The notes: a model not told the origin generated them from the letters alone. A stretch of 64,000 bases of DNA from Nitrososphaeraceae archaeon (GCA_035250975.1 DATFEP010000061.1:1-64000), one strand, 5' to 3'. Numbered from the stretch's first letter, positions 1 through 10,733 are shown. A program made the numbers and translations.

Positions 1-397
1 TCCCTTTATGCCTCTACACGCTAAAGTGTATGCAGATATGCTTGGTCGAAAAATTGAGCAACATCATACGAAAGTGTACTTGGTAAACACAGGCTGGTCA
101 GGGGGTCCTTATGGTGTAGGTAAAAGAATAAATCTTAATCAAACAAGGGCAATGGTAAGAGCTGCTTTAACCGGTGGTTTAGATAGGGTCGAATTTGTCA
201 ATGACGGTATATTTAACCTGGAAATTCCATTGATTTGCCCCGAGGTTCCATCAGAAATCCTCGACCCCCGTAGAACGTGGCCAGATAAGAAGAAATACGA
301 TTCTTCTGCAAAGAAGCTAGCAAGGCTTTTTGGAAAGAACTTTGAAAAATTTGGCAGAGTGCCCAGGGAAATTCAAAAAGCGGGTCCAATAATTTAA
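1..397 (+). CDS. pckA: PEP carboxykinase (ATP), C-terminal part; gene begins before window
   Basis: YLVNTGWSGGPYGVGKRI and LDPRRTW motifs of ATP-dependent PEPCK. Confidence 0.93.
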   Translation, partial: PFMPLHAKVYADMLGRKIEQHHTKVYLVNTGWSGGPYGVGKRINLNQTRAMVRAALTGGLDRVEFVNDGIFNLEIPLICPEVPSEILDPRRTWPDKKKYDSSAKKLARLFGKNFEKFGRVPREIQKAGPII

Positions 398-510
398 AGA
401 AGAAAAAGTACCTTACAACGGGACTAATCTAGAAGTTAGATAAATCGAAAATATAGTCCAGTATTGTGTGCCAAACATGAATTTGAAAATAAGGAGAGAG
501 GGAACAAAAG

Positions 511-643
511 TAGCCCGGAGCAGATTCGAACTGCTGTCTCCAGGTTTCTTTTCTGAGATCCAGAGCCTGAAATCCTTAGCCCTACCATGGAGTTTAGCCG
601 CTAGATTCGGCATCAGTCATGAAACAACTGATTCGACCGGGCT
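511..643 (-). tRNA. tRNA-Gln(CTG) with three introns (10/11: 633-606; 21/22: 593-576; 37/38: 559-546)
   Basis: Removing 28, 18 and 14 nt gives a 73-nt cloverleaf: AGCCCGG/CCGGGCT acceptor, GTCT/GGAT D-stem, TCAGG-CTCTGGA-CCTGG anticodon arm, AGCAG-TTCGAAT-CTGCT T-arm; each intron has a BHB-like junction. Confidence 0.9.
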
Positions 644-918
644 CCTCGAGCTACATTTTTACTTGTTTTATACAGATATTTATTTTATCTGACGAGTCTT
701 TTGTACAACTTTTCTAAAATATCTTATATTGCTACTTTTGTTATAAAATGAGATAAATAATCCATGTTAACTTGAAATATATGCTAATCATTTAATATCT
801 AAATTTTGACGAATGTACAATGTGTTTTCTTAATTTTGAAACAAAATTTCAATTGAAGAGAAATTAATTCAATCAGTACGGCTTCATATATCGAATAACG
901 ATTATTAAATTTCGACTT

Positions 919-2817
919 TTACCCATATCTGAAGAAAATTCCCTTTTCACCTTTTGGATGTTTCCATTCAGTCTCTTTTGAGCAAGTTCCGCATTCAATA
1001 CATCCTTCATGTTGAAGGACGACTTTGTTATCCTCCATACTATAACATTTTGTTGGGCACAGGATTGTCATTTTTTTCATGAATTCAATTTGCGGTTTTG
1101 TTACTAAGATATGAGGCGAACTATCTTCATAATATTTCAACTTAGAAATACGTTCGTCGATTTCAGGAATATTTAATTCATATTCAGAGGAGATGATTTT
1201 GCCAAGTTTTTCTGCTAGCAATATAGGTACATCAGTATAAGTATTTTTTGACTCCAAAAAGGATAAAAATCTATTGTAGCCAAGTCTGTTAATCAAAGTT
1301 ATTCCTAAATTTCGCAGATATTCATTGGACATGCACTCGAGAATAAAATTATTTTTAAAACCCAAATTGTGTAAAGGCGTTTGACTGATTGTATTAACAA
1401 GTGTTTTGACATAGTCCTTATCGATTTTTTTCATATCTCTTGTATAAGGACTTTCACCCAAAGAGTCGGTATAAGTTTTTCCCATATAGTCAGATTCAAA
1501 ATTATTTCTGTCAATAGATCTCGCAACAGCTTGTGCTGCCCTCGCAGCATCATCTATACCGACATTTAAACCTTCAATTCTTGGACCTATAAAAACTCCT
1601 CTCCCAGCGGCATCTCCTATAAACAAAATGTTCTTGTAATACGGTTTTGTCATCATACATCTCTTTCCATCTGGTACCAACTTTGCACCATATTCTAATT
1701 CTACGTAATTAGTAACAAATTTGGTATTATATTCATCGATCAATTTGTTTTTAGTTAAAGTCATCTTTTCTTCTATATCTTCAAGAGACTTGAATTTCCC
1801 GTCTGTTATATATTTTTGTCTATTTTTTGGTGAATAATAAATATACTTTAACTCATTCCAAGTGTGTATTAGTTTACTTATTGCAAACGATCTCTTGGTT
1901 TGTTCTTCTTTGGGTAAATCCCTAGCTATATTTTTTATTGGAACCTCATCTTTTATGAGTTCCTTTATCATTGGATTATTAAGTAAAGCGTTAATAAGAC
2001 CATAAGGTTCTACAGGATTTTTTAGCAAAGAATCAAGATGATATACCCCTCCAATTGACAGAGATTCTCTGTTAGTATAAAGAAAACCTCCTCCAATTTG
2101 GTTTAACGAAATATCTCCGCTAAAAAGATGGGCTATGCCTTCTTCTGGGCTTATATTAAACCTCTTTTCGATTATTTCTTCTGGTAATTTTATGACTACT
2201 TTTACTCCCTGATAAAGCTGTTCCGTGGAAAATTTGTCTCTTGCACCTACCATTGATGCAACTTCTGAATTAACTCCATCTGCAGCTATTATTGCATCAG
2301 TCTCAAATTCCTCAAGTTCGTCAGTTTCGACAATCATGGAAGGAGCAGAATTTGAAGAATTTGTTACCTCTTTATCTTTCCATGAAATACCGTTGACGTG
2401 GACACCTGATATTATACCGCCGCCCTGTTTTTCCGCCTCTTCGCTAGCCTCTTTTGCAAACCAGGAATTTAATTTGTTTAAAAGAACAGAATAACCAAAA
2501 TTAGATTTATAATCATGAACAGGAGTAAGATCAATAGAAAAAACCTTATTTTTTGAGGTTGCATTTAATATATATTTAGTTATGCGACGCTCAAAGGGCG
2601 TTTCTTTCAGAAAGCTTTCTCCATAGAGATCCTCCACATTATACACTTTACCATATGCAGAATTTTTAGAATACAAAATTCCACCAGATATATTTTTTGA
2701 TCCTATCTGCTTTCCTGATTCTATCAAGATAGCCTGCTTTCCCAAAGTCGAAATATGTTTAAGTGCAGATAACCCTGCAGAGCCTCCGCCAATAATTATA
2801 ACATCAAAACTATCCAT
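919..2817 (-). CDS. fixCX: FixC-like FAD oxidoreductase fused to C-terminal FixX ferredoxin
   Basis: GGGSAG FAD motif, GSKNISGG, IGDAAG; C-terminal CPTKCY...CIECGTC...WKHPKGEKGIFFRYG; downstream of ETF genes. Confidence 0.85.
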   Translation of the reverse strand: MDSFDVIIIGGGSAGLSALKHISTLGKQAILIESGKQIGSKNISGGILYSKNSAYGKVYNVEDLYGESFLKETPFERRITKYILNATSKNKVFSIDLTPVHDYKSNFGYSVLLNKLNSWFAKEASEEAEKQGGGIISGVHVNGISWKDKEVTNSSNSAPSMIVETDELEEFETDAIIAADGVNSEVASMVGARDKFSTEQLYQGVKVVIKLPEEIIEKRFNISPEEGIAHLFSGDISLNQIGGGFLYTNRESLSIGGVYHLDSLLKNPVEPYGLINALLNNPMIKELIKDEVPIKNIARDLPKEEQTKRSFAISKLIHTWNELKYIYYSPKNRQKYITDGKFKSLEDIEEKMTLTKNKLIDEYNTKFVTNYVELEYGAKLVPDGKRCMMTKPYYKNILFIGDAAGRGVFIGPRIEGLNVGIDDAARAAQAVARSIDRNNFESDYMGKTYTDSLGESPYTRDMKKIDKDYVKTLVNTISQTPLHNLGFKNNFILECMSNEYLRNLGITLINRLGYNRFLSFLESKNTYTDVPILLAEKLGKIISSEYELNIPEIDERISKLKYYEDSSPHILVTKPQIEFMKKMTILCPTKCYSMEDNKVVLQHEGCIECGTCSKETEWKHPKGEKGIFFRYG

Positions 2818-2859
2818 CTATATAAACCTACCAAAAAATGGTAACAAATGCATCCGTTG

Positions 2860-4158
2860 TCATTTTTTTGAAGCCTGAACTTCTAGTGGAGAAACTATTC
2901 TTTTGATTTCATCGATAAGAACTGGAATAACGTCTTCCATTTTACCTCTGATTAACACATCGCATTCATTTATAATAGGAGCGTTTTCATCAGGATTTAT
3001 TGCTATAACAAATTCTGATTCTTTCATTCCTTCAAGATGTTGTATTGCACCACTTATTCCAATTGATATGTAAATTTTAGGTGTTATTTTCCTTCCACTT
3101 GTGCCTATAACCCTACTAGGGATAATATATGTTGAGTTTATTCTTTCATCGAGGGGAAAAATTTTCTTAGATATTGGTAAGGATATACCGATTTCTGCTT
3201 TGAGGAGTTTAGCTAACGATTCAATTAATTTTATATTTTCTTCTGGATTCTCCTTTATTCCTCTTCCGAAACTAATTACTATTTTATGAGAATCAAAATC
3301 AATTTTGTCTTTGATTATCGTTCTGTTCAAAATCTTTATCCTAAGATCTTGTTCGTCAAATTTAGGAGTATATTCAACAATTATTCCTCTTCTATTCGCT
3401 TCGCGCTTGATTGGAATAAAAGCCCCTGGAATTATACTACAAGCTTGTGGGTGATAATCTTTTTTAATTTCTGAACTTTTATTATCAAGACACAAAATAG
3501 TAGTCCATAAAAAACCCGAGAAATCTGGTCTATACATTTCTAAAATCTTCTCATATCTAACTGTTTGACCGTTTGTTTTGTATTGGTGTTTAATATCCAG
3601 ATCATCAATAGAGAGCTTGTTTACATCTGAGGCTAGACCCGAGTCAAGTTCAGCGAGGACTGTTGCAGATAAGTGTCTACCAATACTATCTGCAGCGAAA
3701 AACATGTATCGTGGTTTTTCAAATTCAGAAGCATATTCTGGTGAGATAACTGCAATCATTTTCTTATCAACCACCATCTGTGAAATAACTTTTGTACAAG
3801 TCTGGTTCAATAGATATTTCAAGTTAGTATTATCTGCATATATAACCGCATCAGCACCATGATAAATAAATTCATTGCACATTTCTTTTACATTTTCTCC
3901 CAGCACCAAGGCTATGACTTTTTCATTAGAATTGTATCTTGTGTTAAAACTATCCATCAAACGTCTAGCTTCTCCTAACATTTCATAATTCACAGGAATC
4001 GTCACTCCATCAACTATTTCTATAACAACATACAAGTTACGGTACTTGTTTGTATTAATATAATGACTTGACTTTTGGGTGGAACCGATATTATCCAAAC
4101 CATGGGTGTTCTTTAAGCCATTATCAACAGTCATATCTATCAACCGTTTAAGAGACAT
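2860..4158 (-). CDS. fixB: Electron transfer flavoprotein alpha subunit (FixB)
   Basis: PKIYISIGISGAIQHLEGMKESEFVIAINPDENAPI signature. Confidence 0.92.
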   Translation of the reverse strand: MSLKRLIDMTVDNGLKNTHGLDNIGSTQKSSHYINTNKYRNLYVVIEIVDGVTIPVNYEMLGEARRLMDSFNTRYNSNEKVIALVLGENVKEMCNEFIYHGADAVIYADNTNLKYLLNQTCTKVISQMVVDKKMIAVISPEYASEFEKPRYMFFAADSIGRHLSATVLAELDSGLASDVNKLSIDDLDIKHQYKTNGQTVRYEKILEMYRPDFSGFLWTTILCLDNKSSEIKKDYHPQACSIIPGAFIPIKREANRRGIIVEYTPKFDEQDLRIKILNRTIIKDKIDFDSHKIVISFGRGIKENPEENIKLIESLAKLLKAEIGISLPISKKIFPLDERINSTYIIPSRVIGTSGRKITPKIYISIGISGAIQHLEGMKESEFVIAINPDENAPIINECDVLIRGKMEDVIPVLIDEIKRIVSPLEVQASKK

Positions 4159-5041
4159 AATGATTTCCGGTCATTAATAATATTTTCTTCGCGACATTTT
4201 TAATTTGTTCCTGATTATCTCCATCAATAATATCTGCTTTTCTATTCGATTGACCCTTAGGAATCCTCTCAACTTTATATACAATAGTTGGAGAACCAGA
4301 TAAACCGACTGTTTTTGGATCCAATCCTAAATCATCGTGATTAAAGATTTTAAGATAAGACTTATAATTGTCCCCCCTAGCTTTAGCTTCCTTTTGATAC
4401 CTTGTAGAAATCAATCTTGATGATAAAGTATTAAAGGATGGTTTGTAAGAGGGATCGACGGAAATAAACACGGGAAGAGGTGCTTCAATTTCTTCAACAA
4501 TATTATACATTCCATACAAAGATATAAGACGTTGAAGAATTATTAGTCTTTCCTTTAGATTTATACTATAATTTATTACATTTCCAAAAAACGGATAATT
4601 AAGCTTCCACGCTGTTTGAGGTCCAGTTTGACCAGTTTCACCATCTGAGGCGCGATGACCTGAAAAAATTATGTCAATTCCGCGATTATTATCATCATTC
4701 ATACCCATTTTTTTTATTCCTGCCCTTAATACCTCGGCCGTAGCTAAAGTATCTGCACTAGCGAATATTCTATCAGTATAAAGATGAAGCGAGTCCGCAT
4801 CACATAACATTTGTGCTTCTTTTAGCGCTATGTCCGACATTGGGGGTCCCATGGTAGCAACTGAGATGTGTGCCCCATAATTAACCTTGGCATAAAAGGC
4901 TGCTAACGATGCTATTACACTATGAGCACCTAATTTGCTCTTGGTCTCAGCTCGATTAAGAGTACCGTCCGGATTATAGCTAATACTACCTTCAGAAAAA
5001 TCTGGTTCAAGTTTTATAATTACCGCAATATTGAGAGTCAA
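4148..5041 (-). CDS. fixA: Electron transfer flavoprotein beta subunit (FixA)
   Basis: TMGPP, ADTLATA, SGHRASDGETGQTGP, GLSGSPT motifs. Confidence 0.92.
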   Translation of the reverse strand: MTLNIAVIIKLEPDFSEGSISYNPDGTLNRAETKSKLGAHSVIASLAAFYAKVNYGAHISVATMGPPMSDIALKEAQMLCDADSLHLYTDRIFASADTLATAEVLRAGIKKMGMNDDNNRGIDIIFSGHRASDGETGQTGPQTAWKLNYPFFGNVINYSINLKERLIILQRLISLYGMYNIVEEIEAPLPVFISVDPSYKPSFNTLSSRLISTRYQKEAKARGDNYKSYLKIFNHDDLGLDPKTVGLSGSPTIVYKVERIPKGQSNRKADIIDGDNQEQIKNVAKKILLMTGNHYVS

Positions 5042-5817
5042 GAGTTTATATCTTATTTTTAAGGTTTAAAATAATTTGTCAAGCTAGATGAGTATATTTA
5101 ATATTAGCTATTACTAGTTTCGAGTTTATGTAGATTTGATTGTATTTGCACGAAGTCTTAAACACCAAGAAGATGAAAGATATAACTAAAAAGAATATGA
5201 AATGAAGAGCTTCTAGCATTAACTAGCGGTTCCTAACAATATTGTGCTAATTATCTTTAATCAAACAATTACCAGCATAAATCTATTTTCAAAAATATAT
5301 TCTCAAGTATAAAATATTAATGAAGTGAATATATTGGTGATCCTGAATCAATTGGCATTATCTTTTTTATATCTCCATTTGTCAAGGATATCTTTATATA
5401 TATGGAACTTTTGTCCTAAAAACACGATTTAAATTTCACAATAAATCTGTTTTTTCAGAATTGTTAATTCTTTACACTTAAACCGTCAATCCTATTGAAA
5501 TCAATATGCTGTCGATACTAAAAAAATTATGTGATTACGAAATTTATTTACTTATTTGGCAGTATTTTTTTTTATGATGCAGATTTTTATTGAGAATTTA
5601 TTTAAAAAGTATAGCACATAGAGATTCAAAAAATTCTTTTCTTTTCTTATTTTAATTAAGCAATTTATCATAAATAAACCAAATCATATTAACCTATATT
5701 TTAAATAGGAAAAAAAGTACTTTAATTTCAGAACAAGTGTAAAAATGTGATCATTTTGTTTTAAAATAGAGAAATTGTCACTATATTAAACAAAAAATTT
5801 TGATTATCAGGTCATAT

Positions 5818-6234
5818 TTATTGTTCGCGATCAGAAAATCTTAATTGTATATCTTTATGGGGACATACATGAATTATTTCTTTCGCTAATTTATAACTCC
5901 CTTCATTCAGATTTTCCTCTTGTGAAAATTCAAATACCGTTTTTGTATCGGGTAAATATACTTTTTTGATATTTAGATCACCCTCTCCTTCTTCTCCCTT
6001 TTTAAAAACATATCTTTCTCCTCTTTTGGTTATTGGATTCCAACTCCTTAGTAATATTCCTTGATTTTCGATGTTTTGATTTGTTTTTTTATCATAGATT
6101 TTAGTATTTATGAAAAGATGGAAGAAGATGTCGCTTGAATTATAGAGGTACTTCAATGTATATTTGTTATAATCTAAAGATCTTTCTGCTTCATCATTTT
6201 GTTTTAATCCATTTTCCAATTTATTAAAAAACAT
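5818..6234 (-). CDS. hypothetical protein
   Basis: 138-aa ATG ORF in AT-rich background; no recognised motif. Confidence 0.6.
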   Translation of the reverse strand: MFFNKLENGLKQNDEAERSLDYNKYTLKYLYNSSDIFFHLFINTKIYDKKTNQNIENQGILLRSWNPITKRGERYVFKKGEEGEGDLNIKKVYLPDTKTVFEFSQEENLNEGSYKLAKEIIHVCPHKDIQLRFSDREQ

Positions 6235-6390
6235 TCTTTACTAGTGTTATTCTCCTTTAATATATTATTACATACATTTTATTTAGATTTTACTAAAACG
6301 TCAAAAAAATTGAAGTCATTACAAGTATGTTAGAAATGAATGACATAGATATGATTTCTTCATCATGAGATGTGCTATATCTTTAAATCA

Positions 6391-6855
6391 CTATTTTATT
6401 ACTAAAACTGGACAATGAGAATGTGTAATCACCCCAGAAGCAACACTTCCCAATAGTAGCTTTTTGAGACCAGATCTTCCACGCGTTCCCATCACTATCA
6501 AATCAATTTTTTCCTTCTCCGAAAAATTAATGATTGCAGGTACTATTGACGAAGCGACAATTACTTGGGACTTAAATTTAATAATTTTTGTTTGATCTAC
6601 ATAACTTGACTCTTGTTTAACTTTTTCAAACCATCCTTCAGCCTTTTTTTTTTCCATTTCAAGTAGTTTATTGATGGAATCATCAGGAACTAACCCAAGA
6701 GATGAATAGCTAAATCCAGTTTCTGAAACCACCACATATAGAGCGATTACTTGACTATCGAACTTGATAGATAAAGAGATAGCATATCCCGCTGCTTCAA
6801 ATGATTTTTCTGACCCATCGATAGCTACTAAGATTCTTGACATTTTTTTCTCCAT
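6391..6855 (-). CDS. Universal stress protein (UspA family); start at ATG 6855 or 6843
   Basis: ILVAIDGSEKS and DLIVMGTRGRSGLKKLLLGSVASGV...CPVLVIK. Confidence 0.93.
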   Translation of the reverse strand: MEKKMSRILVAIDGSEKSFEAAGYAISLSIKFDSQVIALYVVVSETGFSYSSLGLVPDDSINKLLEMEKKKAEGWFEKVKQESSYVDQTKIIKFKSQVIVASSIVPAIINFSEKEKIDLIVMGTRGRSGLKKLLLGSVASGVITHSHCPVLVIK

Positions 6856-7124
6856 ATAATAGATAAGATATAAAATATAAAATATAAAAAACGTATCGAA
6901 CATATAAGAGGATCATTTCCATCAGATTTAACACCAAACGATAGGAATATGATAACCCGCATACAAAATGGGTGTATTTAGAATGTCAAAAGAAAGTAAA
7001 ATATCAACGATTAGTTCGCCAATTGCTGCTTGTGTTTGCTCTGTTTCGGAACTCGTTTATACAATCTTTTTATACATCCAATCAACAAATACGTTACAAT
7101 TATACCATTAAACCAGTTATACAA

Positions 7125-7625
7125 TGATACTTTTAGCATCATCTCTCTTACCAAGTTCTCAAATCATCTTCCTAATCATATTCTCTGATATGATAGCAGT
7201 AACATATTCTCCATACATTCACTTGATAATGGAAAAAATACTTTCTGCAATCATCTCCTACCACCATAATATTTGCTATCTTTCCATTTATCACCGTCAG
7301 TTTTCTGCTTCTTTACAGTCTTATTTCTTAGATAGTGATTGTTACTTTTAAATCTGGAATCCTTCTTTACCTTATAATTGCTGGTTGGATGTCTTTAAAT
7401 GATTGAAAGTGAAAAATCTTATCACTGTCATTAGGAATAATCGCCAATTGTAATATTTACTCTTTTATTCCGCTTTATTGTTATATCATCTACCAGGTCA
7501 GGAAGCATTCCCATTATGTACTTCTTTATTAGTTACTTTTAATGATAAAAGTCTCTTTCGTTTGGTCTATCAACTGTTAAATGTATTTAGATAACCCTCT
7601 TTTGACAGTGCATATTTTTTTGACA
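7125..7625 (-). mobile_element. Decayed IS5-family transposase fragment (boundaries approximate)
   Basis: Frameshifted minus-strand pieces KRGYL, LLSLKVTNKEVH, NHYLRNKTVKKQKTD, KWKDS, MYGEYV resemble an IS5 DDE C-terminal half; many stops. Confidence 0.7.
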
Positions 7626-7681
7626 TTTTAATACTGTTATTAGGTTTCTAAATGTAGTAACAATACAGTCTATATTAAATT

Positions 7682-8302
7682 CTATTCTATTGTTTTTATC
7701 AGATCTGTTAGTGACCTTTTTGGTTTTGGATGTAAAATCTTCCTAGGATATCCAATACACAAAATAGAGGATGGAACCAGATCTGTATTTATTGCCTCCC
7801 TCACCTTCGTCTCATCTATCATGCCTATCCAAACTGAACTTAGTCCCAACGAATGTGCAGCTAATTGAGCATATGATGCTGCTAAGGTTGCATCTTGAAG
7901 AGAAAATTTTTTAATAATTTCTACCGGGAATTTCATTTTTACTCTTTCTGGGTTCATACAAAATACTAAAACAACGGGAGAATTGACGTATGGCTGATTA
8001 TTTGAGGCTTCAACCAATTTTTCCTTAGTGTTTCTGTTCTTCACATAAAAGATTTCAAAGCCCTGGAAACCTCCGGCGGTTGGAGCTGTATCTGCGGCTG
8101 CAAATATTATATCCATCTTCCAATCTTCTACTTGTTTGTCTTCAAATTTTCTCTGTGACCTTCTATTTAACATTACATTGTATATGTTGGTTTGCAAAAT
8201 ATCCTCAAAATTAACTTCACTTACTTCCGGTTTTGGAAAAACCTTTCCTGTACTTCCTGATTCATCGTACATCCTTTTTAAAATTTCTTGTGGGTCTGAC
8301 AA
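7682..8302 (-). CDS. Nitroreductase family protein
   Basis: RRSQRKF, APTAGGFQ, LAAHSLGLSSVWIG, LCIGYP. Confidence 0.9.
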   Translation of the reverse strand: MSDPQEILKRMYDESGSTGKVFPKPEVSEVNFEDILQTNIYNVMLNRRSQRKFEDKQVEDWKMDIIFAAADTAPTAGGFQGFEIFYVKNRNTKEKLVEASNNQPYVNSPVVLVFCMNPERVKMKFPVEIIKKFSLQDATLAASYAQLAAHSLGLSSVWIGMIDETKVREAINTDLVPSSILCIGYPRKILHPKPKRSLTDLIKTIE

Positions 8303-8390
8303 TACTTTGTAAATGAATCACTAATAAAAAAATATTATTGAATAAATTGTAATAAGATTTTATTTTATACTTAAATAAAATTTATGATTA

Positions 8391-9959
8391 TCAATTAATC
8401 ATGAAAATCTTCAGAATTTTTTTTCCATCTTCAAAATTGTTCAATTGTCCCTTTATGTCTTCAGTCTTTAATACATATTCTTTTCTTGGTTGATCATCCA
8501 TTTCATACCTTAATATCAATTCGCCAACTACAGGACTTTTTTCTTTTATTTTTTCTATCTGGGGTATTAGGTACTCTGCGATTATTTCTAGAAACCGTGA
8601 TATCAAAGTTTTATCATAATAAATCCTTTCATTGTTTCCATCTTTATCTAAATAATGATCGATTGCTTTTTTACCATATAATTCAATATATTCTAGTTTA
8701 AACCCATTTTGGAGGTTCAGAGGATCTATTGTTTTTTCGATATTTTTTATAATATATTTACACAGGTTAAAAATCTGTTTAAAATCCACAGTCTCAAAAA
8801 AATCTATTATCATAGGTATAATGTTCTTTTTTTCGTTGTTTACAATATAATCAATAGTTAATAGATCGCTTTTCTTAATCCATGTTTTTAATTCTTCGTT
8901 ATCAAATGTATCATTAAAACATTTTTCAATTTCGTTACTCATTAAATTAATAGTAATTTCAATGATTTTATCAGTTTTGGAATTTGAATTTTCATTTGCT
9001 ATTCGTAAAATAATATTTTTATTCTTTTCTAGTTTAATATGTGACAAGAAATAATTATCCAGAAATATCTTTTCTGGTTCTTTATTTGAATTTTCTTTAT
9101 CATCTTCAATAGTAGAAACCAATTTGAAAGATCTTTTTAGTTTTTTAGATATTGAGACTTTATATCCTATCGGGAAAACCAAGTTATGTGTATTGAAATC
9201 TAACAGTTTTTGTTTCTGATAAAAAAAATTACTCGGTGATTCATCCATCGAGAAAGAATATGTTAAAACCTTAGAACCATCTTCATGCCCGTCTCTGTTA
9301 TCAATAATAATTGAATTTGTGTTTGTTATTTTATAGTAAATCTTTCCATCATCATTTATTAAATTCATTTCAAAACTGTTTTTTAAGTTCACCAAAAATG
9401 AATAAGGAAAGGTTACCAATCCTTTTGCTAACCAAGTTTGAATTAATTTAATTGAGTTTCTATAATAGTCATTTGTTTTTATTTTGATATTTTCTTGATA
9501 GTTCTTTAGATTTCTGGAATATTCCTTTTCCATTACTTGAAATGAATTCATCAGATAATCTTTTGTGTCGAAAAAAATTTTACCTTCATTAGATTTCTCA
9601 TTTAATGTTTGTAAGACTTTCAAATGATGCGTGGAATAGAAATTATAAATAGATGATTCCATGGCCTTAGTAAAATCTGTAAATCTATTGTGTAAATCCT
9701 TCTGAAAGTTATATGTTTCTTCAATATGCTGATCTAATTTTATAATTTTATCATGAATAACAAATATGTTATTAGAGATGGATATATAATCATTTAAAAT
9801 GTTAATAAAATTTCTGTTTTCTTCAAATTCAGAATAATCACCATACAAATATCTACCCGTTGAGGATTCGGTCAAATCTGCATTAATGTTATTAATATTA
9901 GTTTCTAGAATATTAGTATTTCCTTCTTTTTCAGAAAGGTTTTCTTGATCAATATTCAT
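8391..9959 (-). CDS. hypothetical protein, 522 aa, helical/coiled-coil N-terminal third
   Basis: Long uninterrupted ORF; no catalytic motif recognised. Confidence 0.8.
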   Translation of the reverse strand: MNIDQENLSEKEGNTNILETNINNINADLTESSTGRYLYGDYSEFEENRNFINILNDYISISNNIFVIHDKIIKLDQHIEETYNFQKDLHNRFTDFTKAMESSIYNFYSTHHLKVLQTLNEKSNEGKIFFDTKDYLMNSFQVMEKEYSRNLKNYQENIKIKTNDYYRNSIKLIQTWLAKGLVTFPYSFLVNLKNSFEMNLINDDGKIYYKITNTNSIIIDNRDGHEDGSKVLTYSFSMDESPSNFFYQKQKLLDFNTHNLVFPIGYKVSISKKLKRSFKLVSTIEDDKENSNKEPEKIFLDNYFLSHIKLEKNKNIILRIANENSNSKTDKIIEITINLMSNEIEKCFNDTFDNEELKTWIKKSDLLTIDYIVNNEKKNIIPMIIDFFETVDFKQIFNLCKYIIKNIEKTIDPLNLQNGFKLEYIELYGKKAIDHYLDKDGNNERIYYDKTLISRFLEIIAEYLIPQIEKIKEKSPVVGELILRYEMDDQPRKEYVLKTEDIKGQLNNFEDGKKILKIFMIN

Positions 9960-10174
9960 GTTGTGTATTAGTTATATGAGGTTTAAATTGCTTATTAGTA
10001 AATTTATTTCAACAAAGAATTAATGCAAATTAATACTTTTATATTAATTAATTTCTTTTTTAATAGGTGTCATTAGGTTTACCCTTTTTTGCAAATCGAT
10101 TTATTGAATTTTATGAGTATTAGATTGTGTTCCTACAATAAATTCAAATTGAGATATATTGATTTTTAATCCAA

Positions 10175-10265
10175 GGGCTCGTAGCGCAGACTTTCATAGG
10201 CGCAAAATGGATAGCGCGGACGCCTCCTAAGCGTCAGGTCGAGGGTTCAAATCCCTCCGGGCCCG
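10175..10265 (+). tRNA. tRNA-Arg(CCT) with 16-nt D-loop intron at 15/16 (10190-10205)
   Basis: GGGCTCG/CGGGCCC acceptor, GACGC-CTCCTAA-GCGTC anticodon arm, GAGGG-TTCAAAT-CCCTC T-arm; BHB GCGC-AGA...GCGC-AAA. Confidence 0.92.
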
Positions 10266-10473
10266 AGTCATAAATGAATCAGTTTAATAATTCTTGTATA
10301 AGACCATAAATTGAACTTGAACATATGATGGTCATTACATAATAAAGCAAGATTACAGAAGTAGATCCTATTCCAAATACCATAAACTTGCAAGCTATGA
10401 GAGAGAATAGAAACAAACTACTTTAACTCGTCTTTTCGTCTTGCTTTAGCAAAATGATCATAACCTTCTATCA

Positions 10474-10733
10474 TCAAGTTAAACAATCAAACTCTGAAAC
10501 TTCTAAACCCAATTCCCTTTGTAACTCTTCTCTATCATATTCAAATTTGTCTATGGCTATCCAATATCCTACCCATGCTTTATGTAAAGCACCCCAAGTC
10601 TGGTTTTCATAATATCCTGATGAAGGGATATTGTAATATCTGTATCCCTACTTGAAGTCTTTATACGAATCCCACTTTTTTTAGCTTTAAGAATTTGTCG
10701 AAACTGTAACGATATTTATGAAATCTCATCCAT
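10474..10733 (-). pseudogene. Remnant of a small hypothetical-protein gene
   Basis: Protein-like frame KKWDSYKDFK*GYRYYNIPSSGYYENQTWGALHKAWVGYWIAIDKFEYDREELQRELGLEVSEF with internal TAG and broken 5' end. Confidence 0.55.

Noticed and set aside
413-692. 66-aa and 74-aa ORFs
   Set aside because: Shadows of the GC-rich tRNA-Gln gene
10648-10650. In-frame TAG as pyrrolysine or readthrough
   Set aside because: Other stops and frame breaks upstream show ordinary decay
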